Positions 52,035 through 62,939 are shown, counted from the first letter of the stretch. The stretch is DNA of 64,000 nucleotides from Isurus oxyrinchus (GCA_026770705.1 JANJGN010000052.1:1-64000); one strand, 5' to 3'. Made by a program: numbers and translations. The notes: generated from the sequence alone by a model not told the origin.

Positions 52035-52180
52035 CCAGGACCTGTCCGACTGCTCGCCTGGGGAGGGACTGCCCACACGCTCTGCTTGGGCTGAATGACC
52101 TCTTCCTGTGCTGCTCCCTCTGTGTGTTTAATTAGAAAGGGTTGATGTGTCACTGTGAGACAAAATGAGGAAGTGGTTAG
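52035..52180 (-). promoter_or_regulatory. Promoter/first-exon module copy (gene C, distal) with intact PU.1-type site
   Basis: AAAATGAGGAAGTG at 52162-52175. Confidence 0.45.
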
Positions 52181-52249
52181 TACCAAGTTAGGAAGCATCT
52201 CTTTGCCTCGCACAGTTAGAAAACTGTTAACCCTTTGTGTGCCAAGAAT

Positions 52250-53470
52250 GTGGCTGAAGGGCCATCGACTTTTCACATGCAACAAGCTCGAGGGGGTTGA
52301 ACGGGCCTCCTCCTGTTCCTGTGTAACAGGCTTGAGGGGCTGAATGTACCTCCTCCTGTTATTGTGTAAGAGGCTTGTGTGGCTGAATGGGCCTCCTCCT
52401 GTTCCTGTATAACAGCTTTGAGGCTGAATAAACCTCCTCCTCTGCTTCTTGTGTAACAGGCTCGAGGGGCTGAATGGGCCTCCTCCTGTTCCTGTGTAAC
52501 AGGCTCGAGGGGCTGAATGGGCTTCCTCCTGTTCCTGTGTAACAGGCTTGAGGGGCTGAATGGCCTCCTCCTTTTCCTGTATAACAGTCTCATGGGGCTG
52601 AATGGCCTCCTCCTGTTCCTGTGTAACAGGCTTAAGGGGGCTGAATGGCCTCCTCCTGTTTTGTGTAACAAGCTCGAGGGGGCTGATGGGCCTCCTCCTG
52701 TTCCTGTGTAGCAGGCTTGAGGGGCTGAATGGACCTCCTCCTGTTCCTGTATAACAGCTTCGAGGGACTGAATGAACCTCCTCCTCCTCTTCTTGTGTAA
52801 CAGGCTTGAGGGGCTGTTTGGGCCCCCTCATGTTCTTATATAAGATGCTCGTGTGGCTGAATGAGACTTCTCCTGTTCCTATGTAACTGACTTGAGGGGC
52901 TTAATGGACCTCCTCCTGTTCCTGTTCATCAAGCTCATGGGGCTGAAATGACCTCCTTCCGTTCTGGTGTTAGAGGCTTGAAGGTCTGAATGGGCCTCCT
53001 CCTGTTGCTGTGTAACAGGCTCGAGGGGCTGAATGGGCCTCCTCCTGGTCCTATGTAACAGGCTCGAGGGGCTGAATGGGCCTCCTCCTGTTCCTCTGTA
53101 ACAGGCTCGAGGGGTTGAATGGGCCTCCTCCTGTTGCTGTGTAACAGGCTCGAGGGGCTGAATGGGCTTCCTCTTGTTCCTGTGTAACAGGCTTGAGGGG
53201 CTGAATGGCCTCCTCCTTTTCCTGTATAACAGTCTCTTGGGGCTGAATGGCCTCCTCCTGTTCCTGTGTAACAGGCTTAAGGGGGCTGAATGGCCTCCTC
53301 CTGTTCCTGTGTAACAAGCTCGAGGGGGCTGAATGGGCCTCCTCCTATTCCTGTGTAGCAGGCTTGAGGGGCTGAATGGACCTCCTCCTGTTCTTGTGTA
53401 AGAGGCTTGTGTGACTGAATGGGCCTCCTCCTGTTCCTGTGTAACAGGGTCGAGGGGCTGAATGTCCTCG
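52250..53470. repeat. About 43-bp tandem repeat derived from a CR1 3' end
   Basis: Unit aacaggctcgaggggctgaatgggcctcctcctgttcctgtgt matches the CR1 terminus at 29163-29200. Confidence 0.9.
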
Positions 53471-54809
53471 TCTCATTAAAAATAAATACCGCAGATGTTG
53501 TAAATCTTAAATAAACACAGAAAATGCTACCTTAACTCAACAGGTCTGGCAGCAGCTGTGGAGAGATAAACCGAGTTCTTGCTTATAGACTCTGAAGAAG
53601 GATCATACGGACTCGAAATGTTAATTCCGTTTATCTCTCCACAGATGCTGCCAGACCTACTCAGTTTCTCCAGCATTTTCTGTTTTTATTTCAGGTACTC
53701 TCTTGTTCCTGTGTAACAGGTTCGAGGGGGCTGAATGGCCTCCTCCTGTTCCTATTCAATGGGCAGTCAAAGTATGCGTCTGATTTTGGACCTCAAACCC
53801 AATTCTGTCCTCAGGACATTGACAGATGGAGAGACCAGTTACAGGTTAAGGCCGGAGGATTATTTATTTTCCCAATCTTTCATCCAAGAATGTCATCAAA
53901 CATAGAGCAGAACCAGGATCAAGGAAGTTGGTCTCTGTAATCTGAAACACATCGCACAGTCCACCCATCCACTCAGCCTTCAGAATGGATGCTAATTGTA
54001 CTCTCCAAGTGTGAAGGACTAAAATGGTGGTTTATTGCAGCTCTATTTCATTCTGTTATCAAAGCTGTCTCATCCATCCATGACATATTGAAGAAGGTAA
54101 AGCTGGAACCAATTTTTGACATCATAATTTCCAATGTTCATTGGCAACATCAATGTAAACATGTCACGCTGAAATGATGTCCTCCCACCAGTGGTGGCAC
54201 TGTAGCACATCTGTTATCCTCTGAGCTGCAGAGAACTTCTCAAATCTCCAAACAAATTGTTTCCCTGTTTCCCAGATTGTTGTTCGTTTCACTGTTTAAC
54301 GATGAAGTGTAAAATCAAAATACATTTCTGAAAATACATTTGACTACAAAATGGTGAGTAAATTTTGCCAATCTCCTCTGCTCCAATTATCCACCGATCC
54401 TGCATTTCCTGAAGTCTACACTGGCTGATGAATATTCTGTAAACACTGACAGACAGGAAGGTGAATAACAGAATGAAAATTAACTCATAATCAAGGACAG
54501 GGGATTGAATTTGTCCGTTCTGTCCTGGTACATCATCGAACGATATCTAAAGACATTTACAATCAGATTGGAGAGAAGGATTTTTCCAACAGTGAGGGAC
54601 AATTCTGAAGGAGGATGTTCGAATTGAAGCCCACAGACAATCATCCTGGATAGATCATTCCGAAGAAATTCCATCAGATTGTAACAAGAGGTTTAAATCT
54701 ATTTCCTGGGAGTGAGTTCCTGTGGATATTAGGAAGGTAAGTTAGAGTTTTGAATGATTCTCCCGTTCTGTATTCTCCCCACACTGTGTGGGTCTCTTTC
54801 TTGCTCAGT

Positions 54810-54926
54810 TTATAAATTCCCATAAACAGAATCCTCAGCAAAATCACAGTTTGCGTAAAGATCATCATCTGTATCAGGATTGACTCCGCGGTTAGATTTC
54901 ATTTCCAGATCCTTCTCATCTTTCTG
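54810..54926 (-). CDS. Gene D terminal cytoplasmic exon (DLYANC...SVYGNL*)
   Basis: tttctattacag acceptor; QKDEKDLEMKSNRGVNPDTDDDLYANCDFAEDSVYGNL*. Confidence 0.72.
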   Translation of the reverse strand, partial: QKDEKDLEMKSNRGVNPDTDDDLYANCDFAEDSVYGNL

Positions 54927-57900
54927 CTGTAATAGAAACAGAAATGATCAGAGTGACAATCAGAGTGATCAGTGTTTAGAATTATTGATCCAAATCAAAA
55001 ATTCCACCCACAATAGATACATTAATTATTGATACTGAACAGGGTTTGATTATTGATACTGAACGGGGTTTGATTATTGATACTGAACGGAGTTTGATTA
55101 TTGATTCTGAATGGGGTTTGATTATTGATTCTGAACGGAGTTTGATTATTGATTCTGAACAGGTTTTGATAATTGATTCTGAACGGGGTTTGATTATTGA
55201 TTCTGAATGGGGTTTGATAATTGATTCTGAACGGGGTTTGATTATTGATACTGGAAGGGGTTTGATTATTTACACTGAACAGGGTTTGATAATTGATTCT
55301 GAAAGGGGTTTGATTATTGATACTGAACGGGGTTTGATTATTGAAACTGAATGGGTTTTGATTATTGATTCTGAACGGGGTTTGATTATTGATACAGAAC
55401 GGGGTTTGATTATTGAAACTGAACGGGGTTTGATTATTGATTCTGAACGGGGTTTGATTATTGATACTGAACGGGGTTTGATTATTGATTCTGAACGGGG
55501 TTTGATTATTGATACTGAACGGGGTTTGATTATTGATTCTGAACGGGGTTTGATTATTGATACTGAACGGGGTTTGATTATTGATTCTGAACGGGGTTTG
55601 ATTATTGATTCTGAACGGTGTTTGATTATTGATTCTGAACGGGGTTTGATTATTGATTCTGAACGGGGTTTGATTATTGATACTGAACGGGGTTTGATTA
55701 TTGATACTGAACGGGGTTTGATTATTGATTCTGAACGGGGTTTGATTATTGATACTGAACGGGGTTTGATTATTGATACTGAACGGGGTTTGATTATTGA
55801 TTCTGAACGGTGTTGGGTGTGAGTTTGGTTGGGTTTGGGAGTGACTGTATAAAACATTGCAGATACAGGACTGGAGCAGCCATATCAATAACCAGGCTAC
55901 TGGAGCAGCTGAGAGGCTGGGGATCCTGTGGTGTGTGACTCACCTGATTCCTCAAAGCCCAACCACACTCACAGTTTTCATAAACAGGATCTCGATATTC
56001 ATCAACACGGTGGTTCGATTTGATTCCTGCTTTCCCCTCACCTCTCTTCTGTAATAGAGATGGAAATGGACAGAGTGACAATCAACATGATGTGTATTCG
56101 GTGTTGGGTTTGATTATTGAGGAGAGAGTTCCAGATTTCCACTCCCCTTTGTGTGAAGAAGTGCTTCCTGAAATCACCCCTGAATGGCCTGGCTCCAATC
56201 TGAAGTTCCGGCCCCCTTGTTCTGGACTCCACCCGACCCCCACCACCCACCCCCACCCGAGGGAATAGCTTCTCTCTATCGACCCTTTCGAGTGTTTAAT
56301 CTTTTTGAATCCCTCAATTAGATCACTCCTTAATCTTCTAGACCTGAGGGAATATAATCGTAGACTGTGTGTAACCTGTCTGCATAATTTACCCAGAAAG
56401 ATGTTCTGTACAACAGACCTGAGCCTCACACCCAGATCTCAATAATCAGTAGAAATCTTTCAAAGGCATCAATCATTGGAATCTGTCTTTATAAAGTCAC
56501 AACATCAACAAAGGACGGTGTTGGTGGTGGAAGTGAGTACCAATCGTTCCGTTACTTACCCAGTACCTGTCTGACTGCTCGCCTGGGGAGGAACTGCCCA
56601 CACGCTCTGACTGGGCTGAATGACCTCTTCCTGTGCTGCTCCCTCTGTGTATTTAATGAGAAAGGGTTGATGTATCTCTGTGAGACAAAATGAGGAATTG
56701 GGGAACAATTGTGAAAACCCTTTCACTGAAACGTAAGGCCTTAGTGTTGTGTTGTAAGCAAACTGTTAACCCTTTGTGTCCTGAGTGTGTCGTGATTCCT
56801 GTGTAAATCTGAACAGTCGTTGAGCGAGTTTCAATTCACTGCTCGCTCCAGGTGTTGAGGTGGATCTTCTGAAGGAGCAGACGTTGCTCAGCGCTCCTTA
56901 AAATTGTGAGATACTGAACAATGTGTAAGAGGACGAGAGAAAGAATGAGAAGGAGAGCATTAGTGGAGATAAGAGAGAGAGTGAATGAGAGAGAGAGAGA
57001 ATGAGAAGGAGAGCATTAGTGGAGATTGGAGAGAGAGCGAATGAGAGAGAGAGAGAATGAGAAGGAGAGCATTAGTGGAGGTAAGAGAGAGAGTGAATTA
57101 GACACTGAAAATGGAAAGAGATTGCATTCACTAACAAAAGAAATGTCTTCATTTATATATCCCCTTTCACATCCTCAGGAAGTCACAAGGTATTTTATGG
57201 TCCAGGTCAACACTGCCAGTTACAGGACTGTGTTGTGAAACAGTGAGTGTTGGATGAGATGTGAAACAGTGAGTGAACATCAAAGCTCTTCAGGGGTTGT
57301 GAAGGGTTTTGGGTTGTGAAAGGTGTTATAGAAATGCAAGTTCTTTCTATAAGGAGAGAAGGTTGAAGAAAACATGTTCAAAAACAACCAATTAAACCTT
57401 CACACTTACTTTCTCACACACTTGAAGATGAAGAATCCACTCAGTCCAACACTCAAACAGATTCCAGCTCCAAGCAATCCTGCTTTCCATTCATTGGAAT
57501 CTCGCCCTGTAAAATCAGTCAATGAATGACTCCGGTACAGTTTGAGAATGGTTCCCTATGTACATGTAGTAATTCTGAACTTGTGAAGTGATATTGTCTA
57601 TGCATGAAAGGTCTATACAAATAACATTTATCTATGTAATATTTATTGATAATATCCATGTACATGCAGGTTTCTATAAGGAGGATTCACATATAACAGA
57701 GGTGCCAAGCTGCTGAGGTGACACACAGGACTACATACACACCAAACAGCGGAAACAACATGCTATAGACAGAGCAAAGCGATCCCACAACCAACGGGTC
57801 AGATCTAAGCTCTGCAGTCCTGCCACATCCAGTCATGAATGGTGATGGACAATTAAAGATCTAACAGGAGGAGGATGTTCCACAAATATCCCCATCCTTA

Positions 57901-60056
57901 ATGATGGGGGAGCTCAGCACATCAGTGCAAATGACAAGGCTGAAGCATTGGCAACCATGTTCAGCCAGAAGTGCTGAGTGGATGATCCATCTCGGCCTCC
58001 TCCAGAGGGTCCCAGCATCACAGATGTCAGCTTTCAGACAATTCGATTGACTCCACGTGACATCAGGAATCAGCTGATGATACTGGATACAGCAAAGGCT
58101 ATTGGCCCTGGCAACAGCCCGGCAACAGGAAATAATGTGGCTACAAATGCGGGTCAGAGGCTGGGAACTCTGTGGTGAGTAACTCACCTCCTGACTCCCC
58201 AAAGCCTGTCCACCATCGGACAAGGCACAAGTCAGGAGTGTGATGGAATAATCTCCACTTGGCTGGATAAGTGCAGCTCCAACAACACTCAAGAACCTCG
58301 ACACCATCCAGGAGCAGCTTGTTTGATCGACAGCCAATCCACCAGCATAAACATTCATACCCTCCACCACTGGCACACAATGGCAGCAGTGTGTGCACCA
58401 TCTACAAGATGTGCTGCAGCAACTCACCAAGGCTCCTTCGACAGCAACTTCCAAACACTTAACCTCTTCCACCAAGACAGTTCCAAGTCAGTGAGGGCTT
58501 TGACTTGGAGGTGAACTTGAGGTGGTGGTCTGCCCTGGGACTTGGAACTATATCGGCCGTTCCTTCACCGTCGCTGGGTCAAAATCCTGGAACTCCCTCC
58601 CTAACAGCACTGTGGGTGCGCCTTCACCACATGGACTGCAGTGGTTAAAGAAGGCAGCTCACCACCACCTTCTCAAGGGGCAGTTACAGATGGGCAATGA
58701 TTTCTGGTCTTGTCAACAATGCCCACATCCCATGAGCTAATAAAAACAGAATGTTGAATTCTGTGTAACTCACGTTCCACAGTGATGGTTATGAACCCGT
58801 CCACTGCTCCATGTTCATTCTCTGCCACACACTGATAGTCTCCAGTGTCCCTGGATGTAACGTGAGGAATCACCAACCACAGCTCATTGTTGGAACTTGT
58901 TCTGTTCATTGGGACATTAAGATGTCGCCACGTCAGGTTAGAAGCTGGGAAGCTCTCGACAGAGCAGATTATCACTGCAGAATTCCCCTCAATTATATTG
59001 ATCGATGAAGCGTTAATCATATCAAGAGAAGTAATTGAGAGATTCTGTGGTGCGTCTATAAACATATAAAGATTTTAGAGTGAGCAAGCGCAGTGCACAG
59101 CAAGACTCCATGTATCATCTCTTTGAATCTGATGTCTGAATGCATTTCCAGGCACCTTTCCTCAGAATAATTTCCTCTGTCACATTTATAATGGACACTG
59201 CCTATGTAAACTGTCACACTGCAGTTGCATTCTCCCACCAGTTGAGGTGCTGTCAATCTAGAATGAAAGAAAGTTCCATTCACATCTTCAGGAATTCGCC
59301 AAGGGCTTGACAGGCAATGAATTGTATTTGATTGATGGAGCACTGAGGGGTAAATATAAAATTCACTGTTCAGGAGCTTGCTCATCCAATTCAGGGTCTT
59401 GCTGATCTGGAGTTTACCTACCTTCAACACAGAATCAGGGCTGATACCGAGACTCCAGTGCAGCCCTGAGAGAGGANNNNNNNNNNNNNNNNNNNNNNNN
59501 NNNNNNNNNNNNNNNNNNNNNNNNNNNNNNNNNNNNNNNNNNNNNNNNNNNNNNNNNNNNNNNNNNNNNNNNNNNNNNNNNNNNNNNNNNNNNNNNNNNN
59601 NNNNNNNNNNNNNNNNNNNNNNNNNNNNNNNNNNNNNNNNNNNNNNNNNNNNNNNNNNNNNGTGTGCCTGTTTGTATACATCTGTTCATGAGTGAGTGTG
59701 TGTGCATGTGTATGTCTATGTGTGTGTATGTGCGTCTGTATGTGACAGTGTTATTGCAATTTGTGTTAACTCACGTTCCACAGTGATGGTTATGAACCCC
59801 TCCACTTCTCCATGTTCATTCTCTGCCACACACTGATAGTCTCCAGTGTCCCTGGATGTAACGTGAGGAATCACCAACCACAGCTCATTGTTGGAACTTG
59901 TTCTGTTCATTGGGACATTAAGATGTCGCCACGTCAGGTTAGAAGCTGGGAAGCTCTGGACAGAGCAGATTATCACTGCAGAATTCCCCTCAATTATATT
60001 GATCGATGAAGCGTTAATCATATCATGAAAAGTAATTGAGAGATTCTGTGGTGCAT
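54810..60056 (-). CDS. Gene D (3' part; 5' exons lie beyond the window): Siglec-like receptor with Tyr-rich tail
   Basis: C2 exons 60056-59775 and 59055-58774, TM exon 57506-57410, Tyr-motif exons 56048-55944 and 54926-54810; the linking exon after the TM is ambiguous. Confidence 0.7.
55025..55812. repeat. 24-bp tandem repeat (ttgattattgat[a/t]ctgaacggggt), about 33 copies
   Basis: 8-aa periodic ORFs on both strands; lies in the last intron of gene D. Confidence 0.95.
55944..56048 (-). CDS. Gene D candidate cytoplasmic exon (PVYENC)
   Basis: ttacag acceptor; KRGEGKAGIKSNHRVDEYRDPVYENCECGWALRNQ|gtgagt; homologous to the terminal exon; alternative donor at 55973 in another frame. Confidence 0.55.
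56560..56700 (-). other. Fifth copy of the first-exon module, inside gene D after the TM exon
   Basis: Homology over about 56400-56700 to about 18085-18390; the 85-nt form (56644-56560) is phase 2 to 0 and open. Confidence 0.5.
57410..57506 (-). CDS. Gene D transmembrane exon
   Basis: RRDSNEWKAGLLGAGICLSVGLSGFFIFKCVRK; 97 nt, homologous to the gene A TM exon; ttttacag acceptor, gtaagt donor. Confidence 0.85.
58774..59055 (-). CDS. Gene D C2/I-set stalk exon (second copy)
   Basis: 282 nt, AG/GT flanks. Confidence 0.88.
59775..60056 (-). CDS. Gene D C2/I-set stalk exon
   Basis: 282 nt, near-identical to the gene A stalk exons, AG/GT flanks. Confidence 0.88.
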
Positions 60057-60179
60057 CTAAAAACAAATAAAGATCAGTTACTTACATTGACTGTGAAGCA
60101 CTTTCAGAGACCCTGACAATGTTAAAGGTGTAATATCAATCCTTCACCACAAAGCACATAATTCAGGCAGACTCTTCAG

Positions 60180-61795
60180 TTCAGTACTGAGGGAGTGCTG
60201 CACTGTTGGAGGGTCAGTACTGAGGGAGTGCTGCACTGTTGGAGGGTCAGTACTGAGGGAGTGCTGCCCTGTTGGAGGGTGAGTACTGAGGACCTGCTGT
60301 ACTGATGGTGGGTGGGTACTGTGAAAGCTTCACTGCCGCATAGTCAGTACTGAGCGAGTACTTCACTGTCGGAGAATCAGTACTGATGGAGTGCTGCACT
60401 GTTGGAGGATCAGGACTGAGGGAGTGGTGCACTGTTGGAGGATCAGTACTGAGGGAGTGCTGCACTGTTGAAGGTTCAGTACTGATGGAGTGCTGCACTG
60501 TCGGAGGGTCAGTATTGAGGGAGAGCTGCACTGTCGGTGGGACAGTACTGAGGGAGTGTTGCACTATTGGAGGATCAGTACTGAGGGAGGGCCGCACTGT
60601 TGAAGGTTCAGTACTGATGGAGTGCTGCACTGTCGGAGGGTCAGTATTGAGGGAGAGCTGCACTGTCGGTGGGACAGTACTGAGGGAGTGTTGCACTGTC
60701 GGAGGATCAGTACTGAGGGAGTGCTGCACTGTCGGTGGGACAGTACTTAGGGAGTGTTGCACTGTCGGAGGGTCAGTACTGAGAGGGTGCTGCACTGTCG
60801 GAGGGTCTGTAATTAGGGAGCTCTGCACTGTTGGAGGGTCAGTACTGAGGGAGTACTGCACTGTCGGAGGGTCAGTACTGAGGGAGTGCTGCACTGTCGG
60901 AGGGTCAGTACTGAGGGAGTGCTGCACTGTCGGAGTGTCAGTAATTAGGGAGCTCTGCACTGTTGGATGGTCAGAACTGAAAGAGTACTGCACTGTCGGA
61001 GGGTCAGTACTGAGGGAGTGCTGCACTGTCAGAGTGTCAGTATTTAGGGAGTGCTGCACGGTCAGAGGGTCAGTAGTGAGGGACTGCTGCACTGTCGGAA
61101 GGTCAGTACTGAGGGAGTGCTGCACTATCGGAGGGTCAGTACTGAGGGAGCTCTGCACTGTCAGAGGGTCAGCACTGAGGGAGTGCTGCACTGTTGGAGG
61201 GTCAGTATTGAGGGAGTGCTGCACTGTCAGAGGGTCAGTACTGAGGGAGTGCTGCACTGTCGGTGGGTCAGTAATTAGGGAGCTCTGCACTGTTGGAGGG
61301 TCAGTACTGAGGGAGTGCTGCACTGTTGGAGGGTCAGTACTGAGGGAGCTCTGCACTATCAGAGGGTCAGTAATTAGGGAGTTCTGCACTGTTGGAGGGT
61401 CAGTACTGAGGGAGTGCTGCACTGTTGGAGGATCAGTAATTAGGAGCTCTGCTCTGACGGAGGGTCAGTAGTGAGGGAGTGCTGCACTATCGGAGGGTCA
61501 GTACTGAAGGAGTGCTGCACTGTCGGAGGGTCAGCACTGAGGGAGTGCTGCACTGTTGGAGGGTCAGTATTGAGGCAGTGCTGCACTGTTGGAGGGTCAG
61601 TATTGAGGCAGTGCTGCACTGTTGGAGGATCAGTACTTAGGGAATGCTGCACTGTCGGAGGGTCAGCACTGGAAGAGTGCTGCATTGTCGGAGGGTCAGT
61701 AATTAGGGAGCTCTGCACTGTCAGAGGTTCAGTACTGAGGGAGTGCTGCATTGTCGGAGGATCAGTAATTAGGGAGCTCTGCACTGTTGGAGGGT
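60180..61795. repeat. 33-bp minisatellite (cagtactgagggagtgctgcactgtcggagggt)n
   Basis: 11-aa periodicity in all ORFs; other arrays at 317-505, 3317-3570, 18605-20030, 23630-23940, 38885-39900, 50115-50290 and 62940-63850. Confidence 0.95.
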
Positions 61796-61799
61796 GATA

Positions 61800-62700
61800 A
61801 GACCATAAGACCACAAGACGTCAGAGCAGAAGGAGGCCATTCGGCCAATCAACTCTGCTCCGCCATTCAATGACACCATGGCTGATCTGACAATCCTCAA
61901 CTCCACTTTCCTGCCTCTTCCCCATAGCCTTTGATTCCCTGACTGATTAAAAAACTGTGTATCTCAGCCTTGAATACAATTAATGACCCAGCCTCTGCAG
62001 CTCTCTGCAGTAAAGACAAAAACAGAATTACCTGGAAAAACTCAGTAGGTCTGGCAGCATCGGCGGAGAAGAAAAGAGTTGACGTTTCGAGTCCTCATGA
62101 CCCTTCGACAGAACTCGAAGGGTCATGAGGACTCGAAACGTTAACTCTTTTCTTCTCCGCCGATGCTGCCAGACCTACTGAGTTTTTCCAGGTAATTCTG
62201 TTTTTGTTTTAGATTTCCAGCATCCGCAGTTTTCTTTGTTTTCAACTCTGCAGTAAAGAATTCCACACATTCACTACCCTCTGAGAGAAGAAACTCCTCA
62301 TCTCTGTCTTAAATGGGTGACCCCTTACTCGGAGATTATGCCCTCTGGTCCTAGACTCTCCCACAAGGGGAAACAACCTCTCAGCATCTACCCTGTCAAG
62401 CACCCTAAGAATCTTATATGTTTCAATAAGGTCAGCTCTCATTCTCCTAAACTCCAATGAGTACAGGCCCATCCTACTCAACCTCTCCTCATATGAAAAT
62501 CGCTCCATTACTGGGATCAACCTAGTGAACCTTCTCGGGACTGCCTCCAATGCCAGTACATCTTTCCTTAGATAAGGGAACCAAAACTGCTCACAGTATT
62601 CTAGGTGTGGTCTAACTAGTGCCTTGTATAGTTTTAGCAAGGCTTCCCTATTTTTATACTCCATTCCCTTTGAAATAAAGGCCAACATTCCAAATACTAT
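61800..62700 (-). mobile_element. CR1 3' fragment inserted in the minisatellite
   Basis: LYKALVRPHLEYCEQFW...RRMRADLIETYKIL...WNSL. Confidence 0.85.
62017..62245. mobile_element. Palindromic Penelope-derived short element with 14-bp target-site duplication
   Basis: Inverted arms; ctctgcagtaaaga at both 62003-62016 and 62246-62259; related copies at about 15930-16065, 24200-24410 and 53480-53695. Confidence 0.75.
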
Positions 62701-62939
62701 GTGCATTTAAGTAAAGAGCCATTAATTTTGTCTTTTTATCATTTCCCCCCCTCTGACACTATTTGCTGATGTATTTTTATGTTTGGACACTGTGTCCCTT
62801 CCTGTCACACACTGGGTATCATTGCCAAAACAGCTATCCTGCAATGCTAATAAATCCTTTTGGTTTGTAACTGAACATATACCCTCTCCAGAAACATTCG
62901 CCCCACACTCTATTTAGTTTAAAGCCAATAGTGAGGTAG

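Noticed and set aside
52031-52831. 266-aa ORF with QEQEEA repeats
   Set aside because: Translation of the CR1-derived 43-bp tandem array.
55022-55888. ORFs of 195-288 aa with 8-aa periodicity; CRISPR-like appearance
   Set aside because: A pure 24-bp tandem repeat with no unique spacers, in a eukaryotic intron.
2928-60056. Assigning gene symbols such as CD22, MAG, SIGLEC1 or SIGLEC15
   Set aside because: Domain counts and tails do not match any of them; orthology needs phylogeny and synteny.
60247-61814. Long ORFs of up to 391 aa (TDPPTVQHSLS / ECCTVGGSVLR repeats), and similar ones at 18.5-20 kb, 39-40 kb and 63 kb
   Set aside because: Artefacts of a 33-bp minisatellite (a multiple of 3) that is open in several frames on both strands, with no splice or domain support.
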